Positions 51,193 to 64,000 of a stretch of DNA of 64,000 nt are shown piece by piece. Positions within the stretch are counted from its first letter, which is position 1, and the number at the start of each line of letters is the position of its first letter. The DNA lies in contig BDGG01000001.1 in assembly GCA_001949185.1 (NCBI GenBank), positions 2,311,324 to 2,375,323 on the forward strand, in the 5' to 3' direction. Source of the stretch: Ramazzottius varieornatus (lineage: Eukaryota > Animalia > Tardigrada). Under the pieces are notes generated by a model that saw only the letters and a list, made by a program, of their open reading frames with translations, searched no databases and was not told the DNA's origin. Made by a program: the position numbers and the translations under genes.

Positions 51193-51540
51193 ATGGAGGA
51201 CCATGTGGCTGGTGGTGTGAAGTTACTCGAAGAGAAAGAACTATGTAGTGTGTGTCTAGAGTTGTTCGAGTCGTGGGATCGATGCTTTCTGGCTCCGTGC
51301 CGGCATATCTTTCATATGCAGTGTATACTCAAATGGATACATATTAGTCTAGAGTTTTCTTGTCCGAGTTGCCGACAAGACATGTATTCGCCTGATCGGA
51401 AGACTTATTATGCTAGGAAGACTTTCTTCTTTTTAATGGATGTCTGTGATTTTAGTTTCGACTCGGACTTGGCTCATTTGAGCAGAATGCTAGCCAAACG
51501 AAAATCGCGCAAAACAGTGGCACTTATAAAAGGATATTGA
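51193..51540 (+). CDS. RING-H2 finger protein (exon; gene may extend to either side)
   Basis: CSVC...LAPCRHIFHMQCILKW...CPSCR is a C3H2C3 RING pattern. Confidence 0.8.
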   Translation: MEDHVAGGVKLLEEKELCSVCLELFESWDRCFLAPCRHIFHMQCILKWIHISLEFSCPSCRQDMYSPDRKTYYARKTFFFLMDVCDFSFDSDLAHLSRMLAKRKSRKTVALIKGY

Positions 51541-51997
51541 CAGGTTGTGGAAAGCTTTGTGCGAAGGATGAATCTGACGTGGGTCTTTCTACTTCCGGGT
51601 CGAAAAGAGAGGAAATTGTAGTTTCTATACCAAGCTCTTCGCTTGGCGCAGGGGTACTTGTATTAATACTTCCTATTGGGACTGTTGCGACAGAAGTGGT
51701 AAAGCCGGTTCCTGAAGGAGAAGTCCCGTTTATTGTTTCAGCAGCTTCCTCAGGAACAGTGAAGTCAGATGCGATGCTTCGGCGTAGCAGTAGCACGTTC
51801 CACCATTCCTTCAGAAATTCCCTACAACGACGAACTCTGTTCAACCTTTTTACTTGTCTGGTTCATGAGCTAACATAAAGCGTAGATCGAGGTCATCAGT
51901 ACAAAACGGGTAGCAAGAAACTCTGCTACAACATAGAACGGATAAAGTGATTTTACAAAATAAAGCACAGCTTTGTTCCAAACGGTACGTTCCGCAT

Positions 51998-52897
51998 TTA
52001 CAGGAAACCCACAAAAATGGTGCCGAGTATTATTGGTGCAGCGACTGACCAGGTACTGCCGAAGATAATTCTTCCCGTGGACATCATGCTCCCCAGAGAA
52101 ACCAAGCCGGATACGAGATCGTTGATTCCCTCCTTAGCTTCCGCCTCCGTCCCACCGCTGTAAGGATTGTTGCGTTCCCCGTTCTCCCTTCCACCGGCGT
52201 ATGGATTGTTGGCTTTCTGTTCACCTCCGTAAGTGTTACTCTCCCTATTGTTTTCCCGTCCATAACTGTTTTCTTTGTTCGACCCATAGGTGCCTTTCCC
52301 ACGCTCTCCGGACATTCCCGACTCACCCGAACCATAAGCTGCAACTGGTTTGGCGTTACTGTAAGTATTCCTTGCTCCTTCCATGGTGCTTCCGCCATAG
52401 TTCCCTGCACTACCTTCCTGTCCAGGTCGAGCGTTTTCATTCATACCATAATTTCCGCTCATACTGGCACTCTCTTGGTTATAGCCGCCATTGATGCGGA
52501 CTGTCGCGACTGGATAAGGACTAGCCATGGCTTCACCTTTTCCCGTTCCCATGTAGTTCATCGAGCCGGAAGTCATCTCGCCGGTATTCCGCATGGTCCC
52601 ACCCATGTAGTTCTGGTTGCCGCCACCTTCGCCTACTCCGTTGGGCGAGGGGACAGACACTGCCATGGGGTACACAGGGATGACAGACTGTCCTTCAGCC
52701 GATCTGCCGTGAAGACCACTTCCGGTTCCGCTGAATAACGAAGCGAAGCCGTGCTGGCGACCCGTTCCCGATGACCACATACCGGTGGAGCTTCCTCCTC
52801 CATGGTTCACTACACCGTCGGCGTGGATTAAGAAAAGGTGTGAAAAGAATATTACTGCCCAACTGCATAACGCAGCTGGATCGCGATTGCTTCTCAT
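51998..52897 (-). CDS. Secreted or GPI-anchored Gly/Ser/Asn-rich low-complexity protein
   Basis: 299-aa intronless ORF with N-terminal signal peptide, repeated YG/NY motifs and a hydrophobic C-terminus. Confidence 0.7.
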   Translation of the reverse strand: MRSNRDPAALCSWAVIFFSHLFLIHADGVVNHGGGSSTGMWSSGTGRQHGFASLFSGTGSGLHGRSAEGQSVIPVYPMAVSVPSPNGVGEGGGNQNYMGGTMRNTGEMTSGSMNYMGTGKGEAMASPYPVATVRINGGYNQESASMSGNYGMNENARPGQEGSAGNYGGSTMEGARNTYSNAKPVAAYGSGESGMSGERGKGTYGSNKENSYGRENNRESNTYGGEQKANNPYAGGRENGERNNPYSGGTEAEAKEGINDLVSGLVSLGSMMSTGRIIFGSTWSVAAPIILGTIFVGFL

Positions 52898-54831
52898 TCT
52901 ACCTTCATGCGTGACAAAAACACGTTGCGGTGGAAAACGTGACTGTAGGTTTTATATTTTAGGGCTACATCCGTGTGAAGATACGGCTCTGTGGCTGTCC
53001 ATTAGCGGAGGACCTGCAGATGGTTCGCCGTGAAGTTGACTGTGAGATGACAAGCTATACGTATGTTTATTGTTCATCTTGGTCTTTTGTCCCATGACGA
53101 GACTGAAAAGGCACAGACTTTGCACAACGGGTCGCGACTGGATAGAGCTAGCGGTTTGTTCATCACGACTGTGAAATAATTAGACAAACCATTTTTGCAC
53201 CATCTCGCATTGTTATGCTTGTTGTGACGAGCTCGATGGTCACTGTCTCATACGACTGACTTGTTCGTTGTGGTCAGTTACAACAACATGGGAAAACCTA
53301 TTGTTTGATACTCATAGTTCAGTAATGTTATATACAATCCATTCCAGCCAAGTTGTCGTCGCTTAATCAAAATTCGCTTCTTCTGACCAAATGATGTTTC
53401 CGCCTCTGCCAAACGTTTTATCATTAATTCAGCTCTCTGGAACCGTTCGAGAACAAGGAAGGCCGAGTTGCTATTGTGGAGCAGAAGACAGATGGGGAAA
53501 GTTCGACATCTGTTTTCCTGCCCGACGCAAAAGCATGCGCGCAAGTTGATCGGAGGCGGCACTTCAATTTTCATATTTTAATTTCACATTTTGCGTCGTT
53601 TCAGACTCTCCGACCAGAAACTTTCTTTCAAAACACTGTGAAAATAGTCTTCTTCCAAAGTGCGTTTATGAAACATCGTTTGTTTTAACGGAGTGAGAAC
53701 TCGGGAGTTTTATTTTACGGCTACAAGCAGAGGGAGTGGTCGTGCCAAAACGACCTAGTTTCAAGATAAGTTTCCAAAGCGGTCTTCTGCCTGAATTCTT
53801 TTAAACCAATTGCATCATAGAGAGTACAAGTGGAAGTGTCGAAAACGAGTTGGCAGGGGACATGAAGTATAGATCTAAATTTTGAACGGGTAATGAGAAT
53901 TCGCGAGGAACAACTTGGCTGGAGCAGGCTGTAGTAAGGACCGTAGGGTGGCTTGTTAAAACATTATAGCATGCATCAGATTTCTTTCATACCTTTTAGT
54001 GAGTTTTTACTACTTTTTACTGGTACGTTTATTACACTACGAGCGTAGTCTGGGACGTAGGGCAAATGAAATGGAACCAGATTCATGTCTGAAGTGGCGC
54101 ACGTTCTCGTTGCTATGAGCTCGAAGTGTGCCTCACTTTAGAAAACAATCTGGTTCAGCTCATTTGCCCACGTCCCGTATGTTGAGCCATAACAAAATGT
54201 TCAGATTGGAAGCGAAACATGGTGGATTAACGATATTAAAAACTAAATAATACCATCGTACTGGGAAATTAACAAATTTCATTCTTCTGCTCTGTGGGTT
54301 GATAGACAGAACCGGCACTAGTTTCTCAATACCGTATCTGCAATCTGTGCACCGCGGACGGAAAGGCCCACGCAAAGCAGCGCAATTACCGGCTTCTCTT
54401 CATCGATACGAAATTATCCGCAGTGACTTCTTCGACTGTTCGGCCTACTGCGCATGCCGGCCGCAAAGCCAGGCACCATGTGTACGCAATCTAGTGATAT
54501 TCAAAACATCGTAAAGTGTCAGTAAAGTAATTGGTCTCGCAACGCAATGGTCAGTGGCTCGCTTATGACACACTTTCCGGTGCCGCGGACGAGAAAATAT
54601 CGAGGTGTTGACTGATGCATGACCGAGTTGAACCCGGTGACAGTGTGTTAATCACCCCGGAGTACCATGCCACGATGTTCTTTGACGCTAATGAGTCTAT
54701 ATGGCCATGAATATTACAAGCCGAATAATTCGGATATAAAAGATGCAATCCTATTTCGGTATAACAAACATCGCCTCTCACATCGTTTTCTCATCTCCCT
54801 AGTAAAACTTCGGAATCTGTCTTCAACAACC

Positions 54832-55611
54832 ATGAAGTGCCTCATCGTCTTCTCCGCTTTCGTCGCTTCGGCGTTGGCCGCTAATGGCGACCAGCAGCCA
54901 AAAGTTTGGGACGCTTTGAATGTACTCCGAGGGAAAGATGCCCTGTTTGCTGATCAGATCCAAGAGCTCCTAATGAACGTCGTCCCAGGTGAAGCCCTTT
55001 GTCTCGTCTTAAAAATTTGCTACAACCAAAAAAAAATGAGTTGTCTGTATTTAGGTCAGGACTTCCCTCTCCTGTCCGAAGTCCCCGATACCGCAGTCGA
55101 CTGTAGTCGATTCAAGCAGCCAGGTTTCTACGCTGATACCGAACAAGGAAGATGCCAAGTTTTCCATCGATGTGACATTAATGGGCACTTGACTGGATAC
55201 TTGTGCCCCAACATGACTGTAAGATACTACTTCCGGGTTAAAGTTTCAGGAAGCAACTATTAGCATGCATGGGCCTTTTTGCAGCTCTTCAACCAAATCA
55301 CTCTGGTCTGCGACTGGTTCTACAACGTTGACTGCAGCCAAGCTCGCCAGTTCTACGACTACTCCAACAGCCGTCTGTACCAAGAGGGAGTTGCTCTTCT
55401 GGATGACCAAAACGACTTCGAAGTCCGCGCACGAGTCGTTGAGCAAACCGGCGCTTCCAGCTCTCGTCGTCTATCGGGCTCTCGATCGTCCTCTTCATCC
55501 TCTCAAGAGTCCCAATCCAGCTCCTCGCAAGTCAGGCGCCGAAAGTCTCGCAAGTCCAAGAGCAGCCGAACCAGCAGCAGCAGCCAGTCTGTCAGCCAGG
55601 AATTCGCATGA
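54832..55611 (+). CDS. Secreted chitin-binding type-2 (CBM14/peritrophin-A) protein with Ser-rich tail
   Basis: Signal peptide; PG.DFP...VDC...GFYADTEQGRCQVFHRC...YLCPNMT|LFNQITLVCDWFYNVDC across two introns. Confidence 0.9.
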
Positions 55612-55801
55612 GAAAGAAGCCTAGTTTCTGCAGCCTCCTCATTGTTGCTTAGACGCTTCTCAGTTTTTAGCTTGTTTCTCATTCAACCTCATCAGTCTTC
55701 TCATGTGTTCTCGGCCGGCTGACTGCACACATTCCTATGATTTGCTCAAACCGTTTTTGCAATAAACTGGCCGGTACGGTGAAGCTCAGCTCTTGTGATT
55801 G

Positions 55802-56511
55802 ATGGAGAAGCCGGCGGAAAGAGCCAGCAGTGCCGAGAGTCCGTCATCTGGTTCCACCTTGAGCCGCTCTCAAAAGCAGCATAGTAAACTGATTATCCTC
55901 GATGGGCCATCACCAACCGAACTCAAGTTTCAGAAGGATAAAGATTTGTACAAGAAACAACGAACTGATCTAGAACGTCGACGGAATGACTTCCGGGTAT
56001 ATCTGGAACAATCTGGGGTAATGGACAAGTTGAACAAAGGTGTTTCGTGAGCAACTACGTCGAAGTTCCTTCATGAAAGGATTCGTCATGAAATTTGTTG
56101 TAGCTTTGCTTAGGATATTCGAAGAGCCCACACTGCCGAAGAATCCGATAGAAGCCTTCAAGAAGTTGATCATGCCTGAAGGTTACGATCCGGAGACGGA
56201 AGAGCTCGAAAGATTGAGTCGAGAGATCAAAGAGTTACAGACGGATATTGCTGGAATAACTGAGGAAAACAAAAAACTTCGAGCAACGGTAAGATCACAT
56301 GCAGAAATCTTTGCTTCAAGAATCACCAGCCTGAACTCCACTTCATTCGTAGCTGGGAATGGCGGTGGAAGTTGTACCTCTTCCTTCGACCAACACCGTA
56401 ACTCCGTCTGAGCCACTCGCTCCTACCGGCAACAAAGACAAAGCTCTGCCAGCCAGTAAAGACAGTCCACATAAGAGCGCTAACGCAACCAGCGCGAAGA
56501 AGAAGAAATGA
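55802..56511 (+). CDS. c-Myc-binding protein (MYCBP/AMY-1)-like
   Basis: RRNDFRVYLEQSGVMDKLNK|ALLRIFEEPTLPKNPIEAFKK followed by a coiled coil (EENKKLR). Confidence 0.75.
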
Positions 56512-56899
56512 GCTAATCCTTTTTCCCGAGCTTGACCTGCCATCTGTATCTGGATTTGTAACGGATGCACAGCAAAGGAACAGTAAGAACGAAGGAACAA
56601 TTGACTTGAGGGCAGTTCGACACTTGGCACAACTGTAGGAAAAAGTAAGGCAGAGAGAAACTATTTGAACGAAAGAAAATGCAATCTCGCGATGTTACAG
56701 TACGCGGTTGATTGGTTGGGTGAAAAAGAAAAGGTTTGAATTACAGTAATGTCAAGATCCTTTTGAAGGATCGATTACTACAAGGTTTCGTCACACATTG
56801 GTGAGACAAGTTACAAAATTAGAGATCCGTCAATTCGAGATTATTTCAGTCAAAACTAAGGCACTTCAATCTAACTTTCTTCCCACCTTACCTGATTAT

Positions 56900-59800
56900 C
56901 TAGGCCATATCGTTCAGGGTTTGCAAGACTACTGATGTCGCCATCGTAATTCTCCAGCAGGGTACGCAGCAAGTCATGTTCATCTTTGTAACCCATATCC
57001 GCCATGGCTTGCAAGGCTTCTTCCACACGAAGCACTGTAAAAACATCGAAAATACCTCGTTAACTCTTTCCTGTGCGAAGACAACCGGCAACGAGATGAG
57101 AGCTGCGCCACTCTACCGAGCTCCTGCATACAGCGACCCATGGACAGCCTATGACGATTGAGCGTGCAGGTGTCAAAGATAGACGCACAGTTTCATCCGT
57201 GGTTTTCACGAATGAAACATCTCTTACCGGCAGACTTTTCCTCTTCCTCCAGTTCCTGCTTAGCCACCAAATCCCACCCAGTCTCTCCATCCGAGGATTC
57301 CGACTTAATGCTGACATCCGTGGAAGCTACCGCGGCCTCCACTTCTGGCTTGGGTTCTTCCTTAACGTCCCGCTGAACGACTGCCTCCTTCAGGGTCTCC
57401 ACGGCCGGTTCACGCGAAGTCTCCACGTCCATATGCACCAACTCACCTATCTGCTCAGTCAAGAACTCACAACCACGCTGCGGAAACTGCTGTGGCATGA
57501 AGGCATGCAGAACCTTCTGGACCTTGTTCTGCACGTCTTTCAGCACAGCTTCCATCGGCTGGTCCATGTCAATGTCCAGTTTTACCACTAGTCCGCCCTG
57601 ATTCTTGTCACCTAAAACAGAAACGAATACTGGATCATACATACCAAAGGATGGATTTTCGGAACGTCGACAAATTACTTCAACATGATCGTTTATCCAA
57701 GTGGCGAACGCTTTTAGCCAATAACAATAAGATATGCGCCACTTCAGGCAACGATCATGTTGATTCCATGTGGCGATTTTTTACTTCAGTTTTGCAGAAA
57801 TAAATTTATTTTCTGTTGGCTTCTTGTGTAACCTACTTTCTGCCTTCTGGACATTTTGGCGATCTTGTTGGGCAAGATGTTCGTAGTGGCTCTCGAAGGC
57901 CTGAGCCTGGGCAGCCACCTGCGCGCGCTTTCGTTTTCACCGACGGCCCTGCGAGCCATCACCCTGGGTACTGCGTGAGTGGTCTTCGTGGCGGACGTTC
58001 TGCCGCTCGGGCTACAGTCGGAAGACAGCACTCCTTGAACTAAGAACAGATTTTGTATCATCCATCCAAGCTGAATCTCCTCTTCAACAGTACTGACTTG
58101 ACTTCGCTTCTCAATATTACAAAGCTCAAACAGACGCAAAAGGAACCGGCGAATCATTTCGGCACACTCACAAGCGTTGTTATGCAGTTCGCGTTGAGCC
58201 GCGTGTTCGTGGTAAGCTTTGAAAGCGTGCATTGCCTGCGGAGCCATAGGTCCTGGGCCAGTCGCCTCAGTAGCGAAGAATCCAATGCTAGGACCACCGA
58301 CAAACCAATCTGAGAACCGTAATAAATAAATAATCACTGTAAGTCTGTGTATTGCTTCTTGCATGTTGCATGTAGGACCTATGGCCCAACTGAAACAAGC
58401 CATTGACTTACTTCCACGGTTCGGACCATTGATGTTGCCGAAAACCGGATCGCAGTTCATACGATCTTCCTCCCATTCGTCGTCTTCATGCCCCGGAGCC
58501 GCGCGAGGATGAGTCATCTTCGTGGCCAGTTGCTTCTTGGTAATCCGTTTGGGAGCCAGAAGAGCAATGCTACTATCTGCAACGCGAGAGAAAATCATAA
58601 ATTCAACTCTCTAAATAAATGTGTCACTTTTCAGCAACTCTGAAAAATGTGATCGCTCAGTTTCGAAACTTTCGGAGGTACGCGGTTTTCTCTTGAGAGA
58701 TTTTCTACAATGGCGGATTTCTGCTCTCGGTTGCTCAAATATTCTAACGGCTACCGTTCATACCTGGGTGGTTTTCCCGCTGTAAAGGCAACATGTTCTC
58801 ATGGTAGTATACGCCCTGGTCTCCAACTTCTTCCTCGGAATCGTTTTCCGCCACCGCCGTCGCGTGGAGCCCGCGCCACCGTTCCGGTCGCTAATGTTTT
58901 AGTGGGCGCCAGCGACTTGCGAGCATTCGGCTGAGTCAAATACCTGTAGGACTGAATCCTATCATCGAGACCGTACACTGGCTGCATACCTAGGACCTTA
59001 TATTTTGCTAGAAGTGTTGGTGGTGGGACCTCCATAGCAGCCGGAGGCTTCTGAAGCACCACTGGTGGTACTTGGCCTTGACGTCCTGGAGAATTCTCTC
59101 TTAGATGGCCAGAGTACGAAGCCTCGCCGGGACCTTGACGAAAACAATCCATATCGTGAGCATCAAAAGACACGCGAACACGATGGGGAAAATATTCGGG
59201 AGCTGGGCAAAAAAACTGGACAGAAGTCGTCTTCTGCAGTGGCGCAACTTTTCGGTTATACTGGCTAATAGGGTGCGCCACTCGAGAAAGACTTTGTCGA
59301 GTTTGTTTGCCTAGGTCTTCTTTTGTCGTTAACTAACCCTGTTTCGAGTTCATGGCCTGCATCTTCTGTTGCACTTGCTGCAGGTGAGCTTCTTCTCGTA
59401 TGATGGCATTGCCGCTCGAATCTCTGAGGCGTCGCAGCATTTGGACGTCACCCATAGCCTTCAGGAAAGCAGGGTTGATCCCAGCTGCTGTAATGGGGCC
59501 TGAAAACAAAACCATGGGAAACCAACGAAACAGTCATGAAGACCGAATTCACCTATTGTACCACTTCCTGAAGCCGCAGCTGGACAACCCACCAGCGACT
59601 CGATAGTAGCCTTCAACACCTTCGGAGCGCGCTCCTCCTGCTCAGGAGTAAAGATCACAGGGTTGGCTAGAACTGGGGTAACAGTGGTTGCAAAAGTTGG
59701 ACTTACAATTAGACCTGCAAGAAACCATCCAAGCAAAAAAGTCACAAAGGCCAGCATACGTACCACCTCCAGCAGCACCGGGTTCCACCGGCGGCTCCGC

Positions 59801-61139
59801 CTTTCCCAGAAACTGTCGAGCGATCTCTTGCTTAGCGGGAGTGAAGATTTTCAGGGGAGCTGGAGCAAGAGCGCGAACTACGGTGGCGGTGCTTGGTGAA
59901 GCCATCACTGCAGATGCTGCAGTGGTGGTAGTAGCGCCTGTTACCGGCGCCGGAGTGGCGTTCTACGCCGGTTTCAGTTGGCCCAGCGTTCGAAGTACGG
60001 GAAGAGCTTCCGCCACAGTTTTCTGCAGACACAAAAACGATGATCCTGTATATAACGGATACAGAGAATTCGAAACGACTTCGCTTTCAGGGAAGGCATC
60101 AGAAACACTAAAACTTACGCGCATGTCTTGGTCCTTGCGAATAACCATCATTGTTTGTTCGATGTGTTTTCCCTTCGCCTCGAATTTCTGGCACAAATCA
60201 AAGTCCGTGCAGATCAAGCACTGGAAGAGAGCCAAGCGCGTGAAAACATATTGAATCTGCGATTAGTGAAACTGGAGCAGGTACGACGTGAGTTGGAAGA
60301 CGAACTGGACCACTTACATACCTTGTAACGTCTACCGAAGACGCCCTGCTGACAAGCGCCACAAGTAATACCTGCAAGCAAACAATCAAGAGTACACTAC
60401 ACCTCTAATCCCAACTTCGCTTGAATGGCTTCCTACCGTCGAACTTGTGCTTTCCGTGAGGAGAATCATCCCTTTCGGTCTCGACGTAGAGTCTTCTCGA
60501 TGTGTTCGCCAAGCCATCTCGTTGACGCATTCTACCAGCTCGGCCTCCGAAGCACAGCGGATCTTGTCCTGATCATGATCTGCAAATGACGAGAAGATAA
60601 GAGAATGCGCAATTAACGGCTTTCGAGCTTCTCCAACTTCTCTTCCAAAAAAAATCTCCTGTACCTTTCCAAATGACGCGAAACTTGACATCGCCGATAA
60701 CCTCCTTGATCTTCTCGCAGATAATTTCGTACATGCCTCCATCGTTCCGACCCACTGCCATGCGACGAACTTCTCCTTCTCCTTCTGGAATATCTAAGAA
60801 GCTCTTGAACGGCTGCATGTCTGGCACAGCGAGTTGGACGGTAGTGACGACAGCCTTCTGGAAATGGGAGCCAAAATTCACTGCTTCTCTTCTCAAATGA
60901 TCCACCACGACTTTCTCGAAGTTCTGGCCGAACTTTTTAGCTTCTCCCACCACAGGATTCACTACGGCTCGCTCGAAGTTTGCCCCAAAGTTGGTAGCCT
61001 CTCTGGCTACGGGACGGATGACGGTCTTCTCGAAGTTTGCGCCGAAGTTGTTTGCTTCTCGTACCACGGGGTTAACGACGGTCTTCTCAATCTCCGAGCC
61101 TAGGTTAGCTGCACAGTTTATGAACCACTCAAAGGACAT
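56900..61139 (-). CDS. Second p62/SQSTM1-like paralog (N-terminal repeats, PB1, degenerate ZZ, LIR, UBA)
   Basis: MQPFKSFL..EGEVRRM..FRVIWK|DHDQDKIRCASEAEL (PB1); ITCGACQQ..RRYK|CLICTDFDLC (ZZ); SSDGETGWDLV (LIR); EEALQAMADMGYKDEHDLLRTLLENYDGDIS (UBA). May be partly degenerate. Confidence 0.75.
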
Positions 61140-62033
61140 AACGCTGTGAGCCTGTGGGACGAGACAAAGAAAGTTGAGAAACTGAAAGAAGGAAACTTTT
61201 GTCTACTTTGTCAGACTTTGTTATGGATTCTGCCGGGAGGCGGGCGTAAAGCAAAAAAGGCGGGAGACGCCTCGTGCCGTTGGCTGCGAAGTCGAGACGT
61301 AAATGCGAATTGGTCAGTCCATTCATTCGGCTTTGCCCTGGAATCACACTAGTCTTTTCCGACTCGGTGAATTGTCCAGCGTGGGATTGTGGAACCTACT
61401 GTAGGTAGTTATGTCATGGTCATATGTTACGCACGGCGGAAGACGGAAGTCGGAAGTCAAGCCGAAGAACCAAAGTTCCGCGGAAAGTCTTCACGAAATT
61501 TGAAGGTTCATACAGCGTAGCCAAATACCATAGTTCGCATCTTTCGACAGATTCGGAGTACTAGAACTAACGTACCAGGGCCCGAAGACCTCGTCTGGGT
61601 GAGAGTCTCGCGAAGAAACCAAGAAGTAAAGGGACCAGACAGATGGATTGTGGGTATGCTGTTCTTCGCAGAGACCGTCTTTGCTCTCGCAATCTGAGGT
61701 CTTGCTTCTTTATGAGTCACCCTTAACACGAGCGAACCGGACCGAAGAAGTAGTGGCGTTGTTGACAGTGTGCGACTTCGGCTTCAGTACTTCCCCATCG
61801 AAGCGCACTGTCGGCGAGGACGCTATAAAAGTTGAACTCGGTTTTCCGAACAAACAACCTCATGCATAGTGGAGAACAAACTTTGTCGAACGATAATCTT
61901 AGAAAGTAAATGGCAAGAAGTGATAAGAAAAATATAAAACCCGAACCTTTAACATCGAATGCAAAGATGATAAGGTTTATTCGATAGCTGCGCTGCTCAT
62001 GCCGAACTCAAAGCCGCAGATGGTTCGAGCACT

Positions 62034-63248
62034 TCACACTGCTTGGTCCGTCGGAGCGAGAGTGAGCTCCCTAATGTTAACGTGAGGAGGAACCCCAACA
62101 ATGTACAGCACCGCATCAGCAATATCTTGGGATGTCAGTGGTTGCACAGAATCTCTATACGCGTGGAACTGCTCCAGGTGCTTCTTCGTGTCCTCGTTTT
62201 GCTGGTCGCTGGCGGCCTTCCTGACATCAGCAAATTCAGTGTCCACAATACCTGGGCTCAAGCTCTAACACAGGGAAGAACGAAAAGCTCTGTACTTCGC
62301 GAAGTGCGAACCATGCGTTATAGATAACAACAATTCAAAACTTCTTTCGCGTCCGTACTTACGGTCACACGAATCTTGCTCTTCCGCTGCCTAAGCTCAG
62401 AATTCAAGGCTTTGGTTAGAGCTGTAACCATGTGCTTCGTTCCCGTGTAAAAGTGCGAGACCGGCGACGATCCGACGCTATGTCCCGCAGTACTGGAAAG
62501 CAAAGCTGTTCGTCGTTTCTCATATTTAAGACAACACGGACCGTTATTATTCCATTTTCTTCTTTCAATTAGCTACCTGTTCAGATTAATCACGTGTCCA
62601 TCGTCAACTCCGGCGTTTCTCATCAGCCGAAGAGCCTCGCGAGTGCAGATGGACAGTGCCATAATGTTAACCTGTCTAACAAACAAACAGTTGACTAGCC
62701 TGACCACAGTTAGCATTTTCCATTTCCGGTTCTTCGATGTTATAGTTTGAGATCATTTTCAAGACTATAGTCTTTCCCACACCTCGTATACTGATATGGT
62801 ACCATAAATAGATCTTACGTCCAGCATCTGCTTCCACTTGTCTGTTCTTCCCGTAATCAGATCATCTGCGTGACCAAGACCAGCGTTATTCACCTGAGAA
62901 ACCGCACATCTGATTAGTAGTTGTCCAAGCGATCTCCACTTCCGGTTTGATATACGGTATTACAGTGTATTACGCCGTTACCAAAATGTCTACATGCTTG
63001 AACTTCACTTCGATCTCCTCAAACATCGCCAAGATCTCTTCCTCTTTGTAAAAGTCACACTTCAGCGCCGTCATACTTCCAGCTCCGGACGTTCCCTTCA
63101 TTGATGCAGCCAACTGTTGGACCTTCTCGCTTCTTCGGGCGCATCCGATGACGTTCATCCCACTTCGGCACAGCGTCTGCGCAATGGCGTATCCGATGCC
63201 CGCGGAAGCTCCGGTGACCAAAACAGTGCGGCCTCTCCAACGCTCCAT
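62034..63248 (-). CDS. DHRS11: Short-chain dehydrogenase/reductase DHRS11 / farnesol dehydrogenase-like
   Basis: MERWRGRTVLVTGASAGIG, VNNAGL, GHVINLN, HFYTGTKHMVTAL (YxxxK), SPGIVDTEF, DIADAVLYIVGVPPHVNI over several exons. Confidence 0.9.
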
Positions 63249-64000
63249 GTTAGCGTGTTGTCCGATGTCGAGTCTATTGTAGAAGCAGCCAAGCGAGAAT
63301 GACGAGGCCCGCCAAGTCAGGGAAAGCCAGCCTAAGCTGGAAGATGACTTCCGGTGAGTCTATACGAGACTGGATTGGAACGGTAGATATATGACCGTAG
63401 ATATGATATGACATGACGTTATATATGATAAAACTTAGATCATACTGTTATATGTTTAGGGCGTTGTACGGGTGGGACCAGATCGACCAGATTTTGCTTC
63501 CTACACTCATGGTAACTTGAGCTCTGGAATATTTTCTACTTCAGTACAACACGACATGTCATTTCGATCCGGAAGTTACCCACTTTACCTACTCGGACAA
63601 AAATACTGTGTGTAATTTACGTCTGTTTTCCAGGTCGAGAGCTCGGTGGAAGAACTTTCGGTGTGAGTCAACAACTGCAGTATTCCATAAAACTGCTGGA
63701 GGAAATGTCAGATAGTTCCATGCTCTGGGATTGTGCACCAGTCAACATGAGCATGAAATACGCAGGAACCGCATAACAATTAGAAGGTCGAGCTTCGGAT
63801 CAAGCGGAAGTGCGTGGGACATGCTGCACAGCTTCAAGTCTTATCTCTCCATACCAGGCTGCGTTTCCCGGCGTAAGTACTTAACCGAACCACAGGTCCA
63901 CATGTAAGTACTGTAACACATGCTGTAACAATCGTACATGGGTCTACATTCCCTCTTTCATCCTCGTACTTGTTTGCTACAGGAAGATGGAGATCCTCAA

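Larger units (their letters stand above)
12836..59310. repeat. Dispersed palindromic repeat family, core AAGTGGCGCAC-N~25-GTGCGCCACTT, ~12 full copies plus half copies
   Basis: Cores at ~12868, 14100, 15194, 15797, 19548, 37466, 38101, 40005, 47110, 54092, 57699, 59238; halves at ~50336 and ~50945; degenerate outer arms approx. GGCAAAnAAACTCGACAAGAT / ATCTTGTCGAGTTTnTTTGCC. Confidence 0.8.

Overview
Compact, intron-rich invertebrate (ecdysozoan-like, possibly tardigrade; inference only) genomic DNA with two 50-N gaps. Host genes: 3' exon of glutathione synthetase, a spalt/Sall zinc-finger gene, an RFX transcription factor, two p62/SQSTM1(ref(2)P)-like paralogs, a CRAL-TRIO-like gene, a lone 5S rRNA, an arylsulfatase B-like gene, a RING-H2 gene, a Gly-rich secreted protein, a CBM14 chitin-binding protein, a MYCBP-like gene and DHRS11. 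The standout is an ~8.3 kb island (~27.65-35.95 kb) between the 5' and 3' halves of a disrupted p62-like gene. It carries two convergent spliced genes. The minus-strand gene reconstructs to a ParB/Srx-like N-terminal domain plus a C-terminal HMG box. The island holds 11 copies of a ~38-bp 15-8-15 palindrome (consensus approx. CTAWAAWKGGATGGW-N8-ACCATCCMWTTTTAG), placed in introns and noncoding DNA and not seen elsewhere in the window. This suggests a eukaryotic ParB/parS-like selfish element. A second, window-wide palindrome family (AAGTGGCGCAC-N~25-GTGCGCCACTT) and a sulfatase lacking its catalytic Cys are also notable. Gene models and domain calls were made by eye, without database searches.
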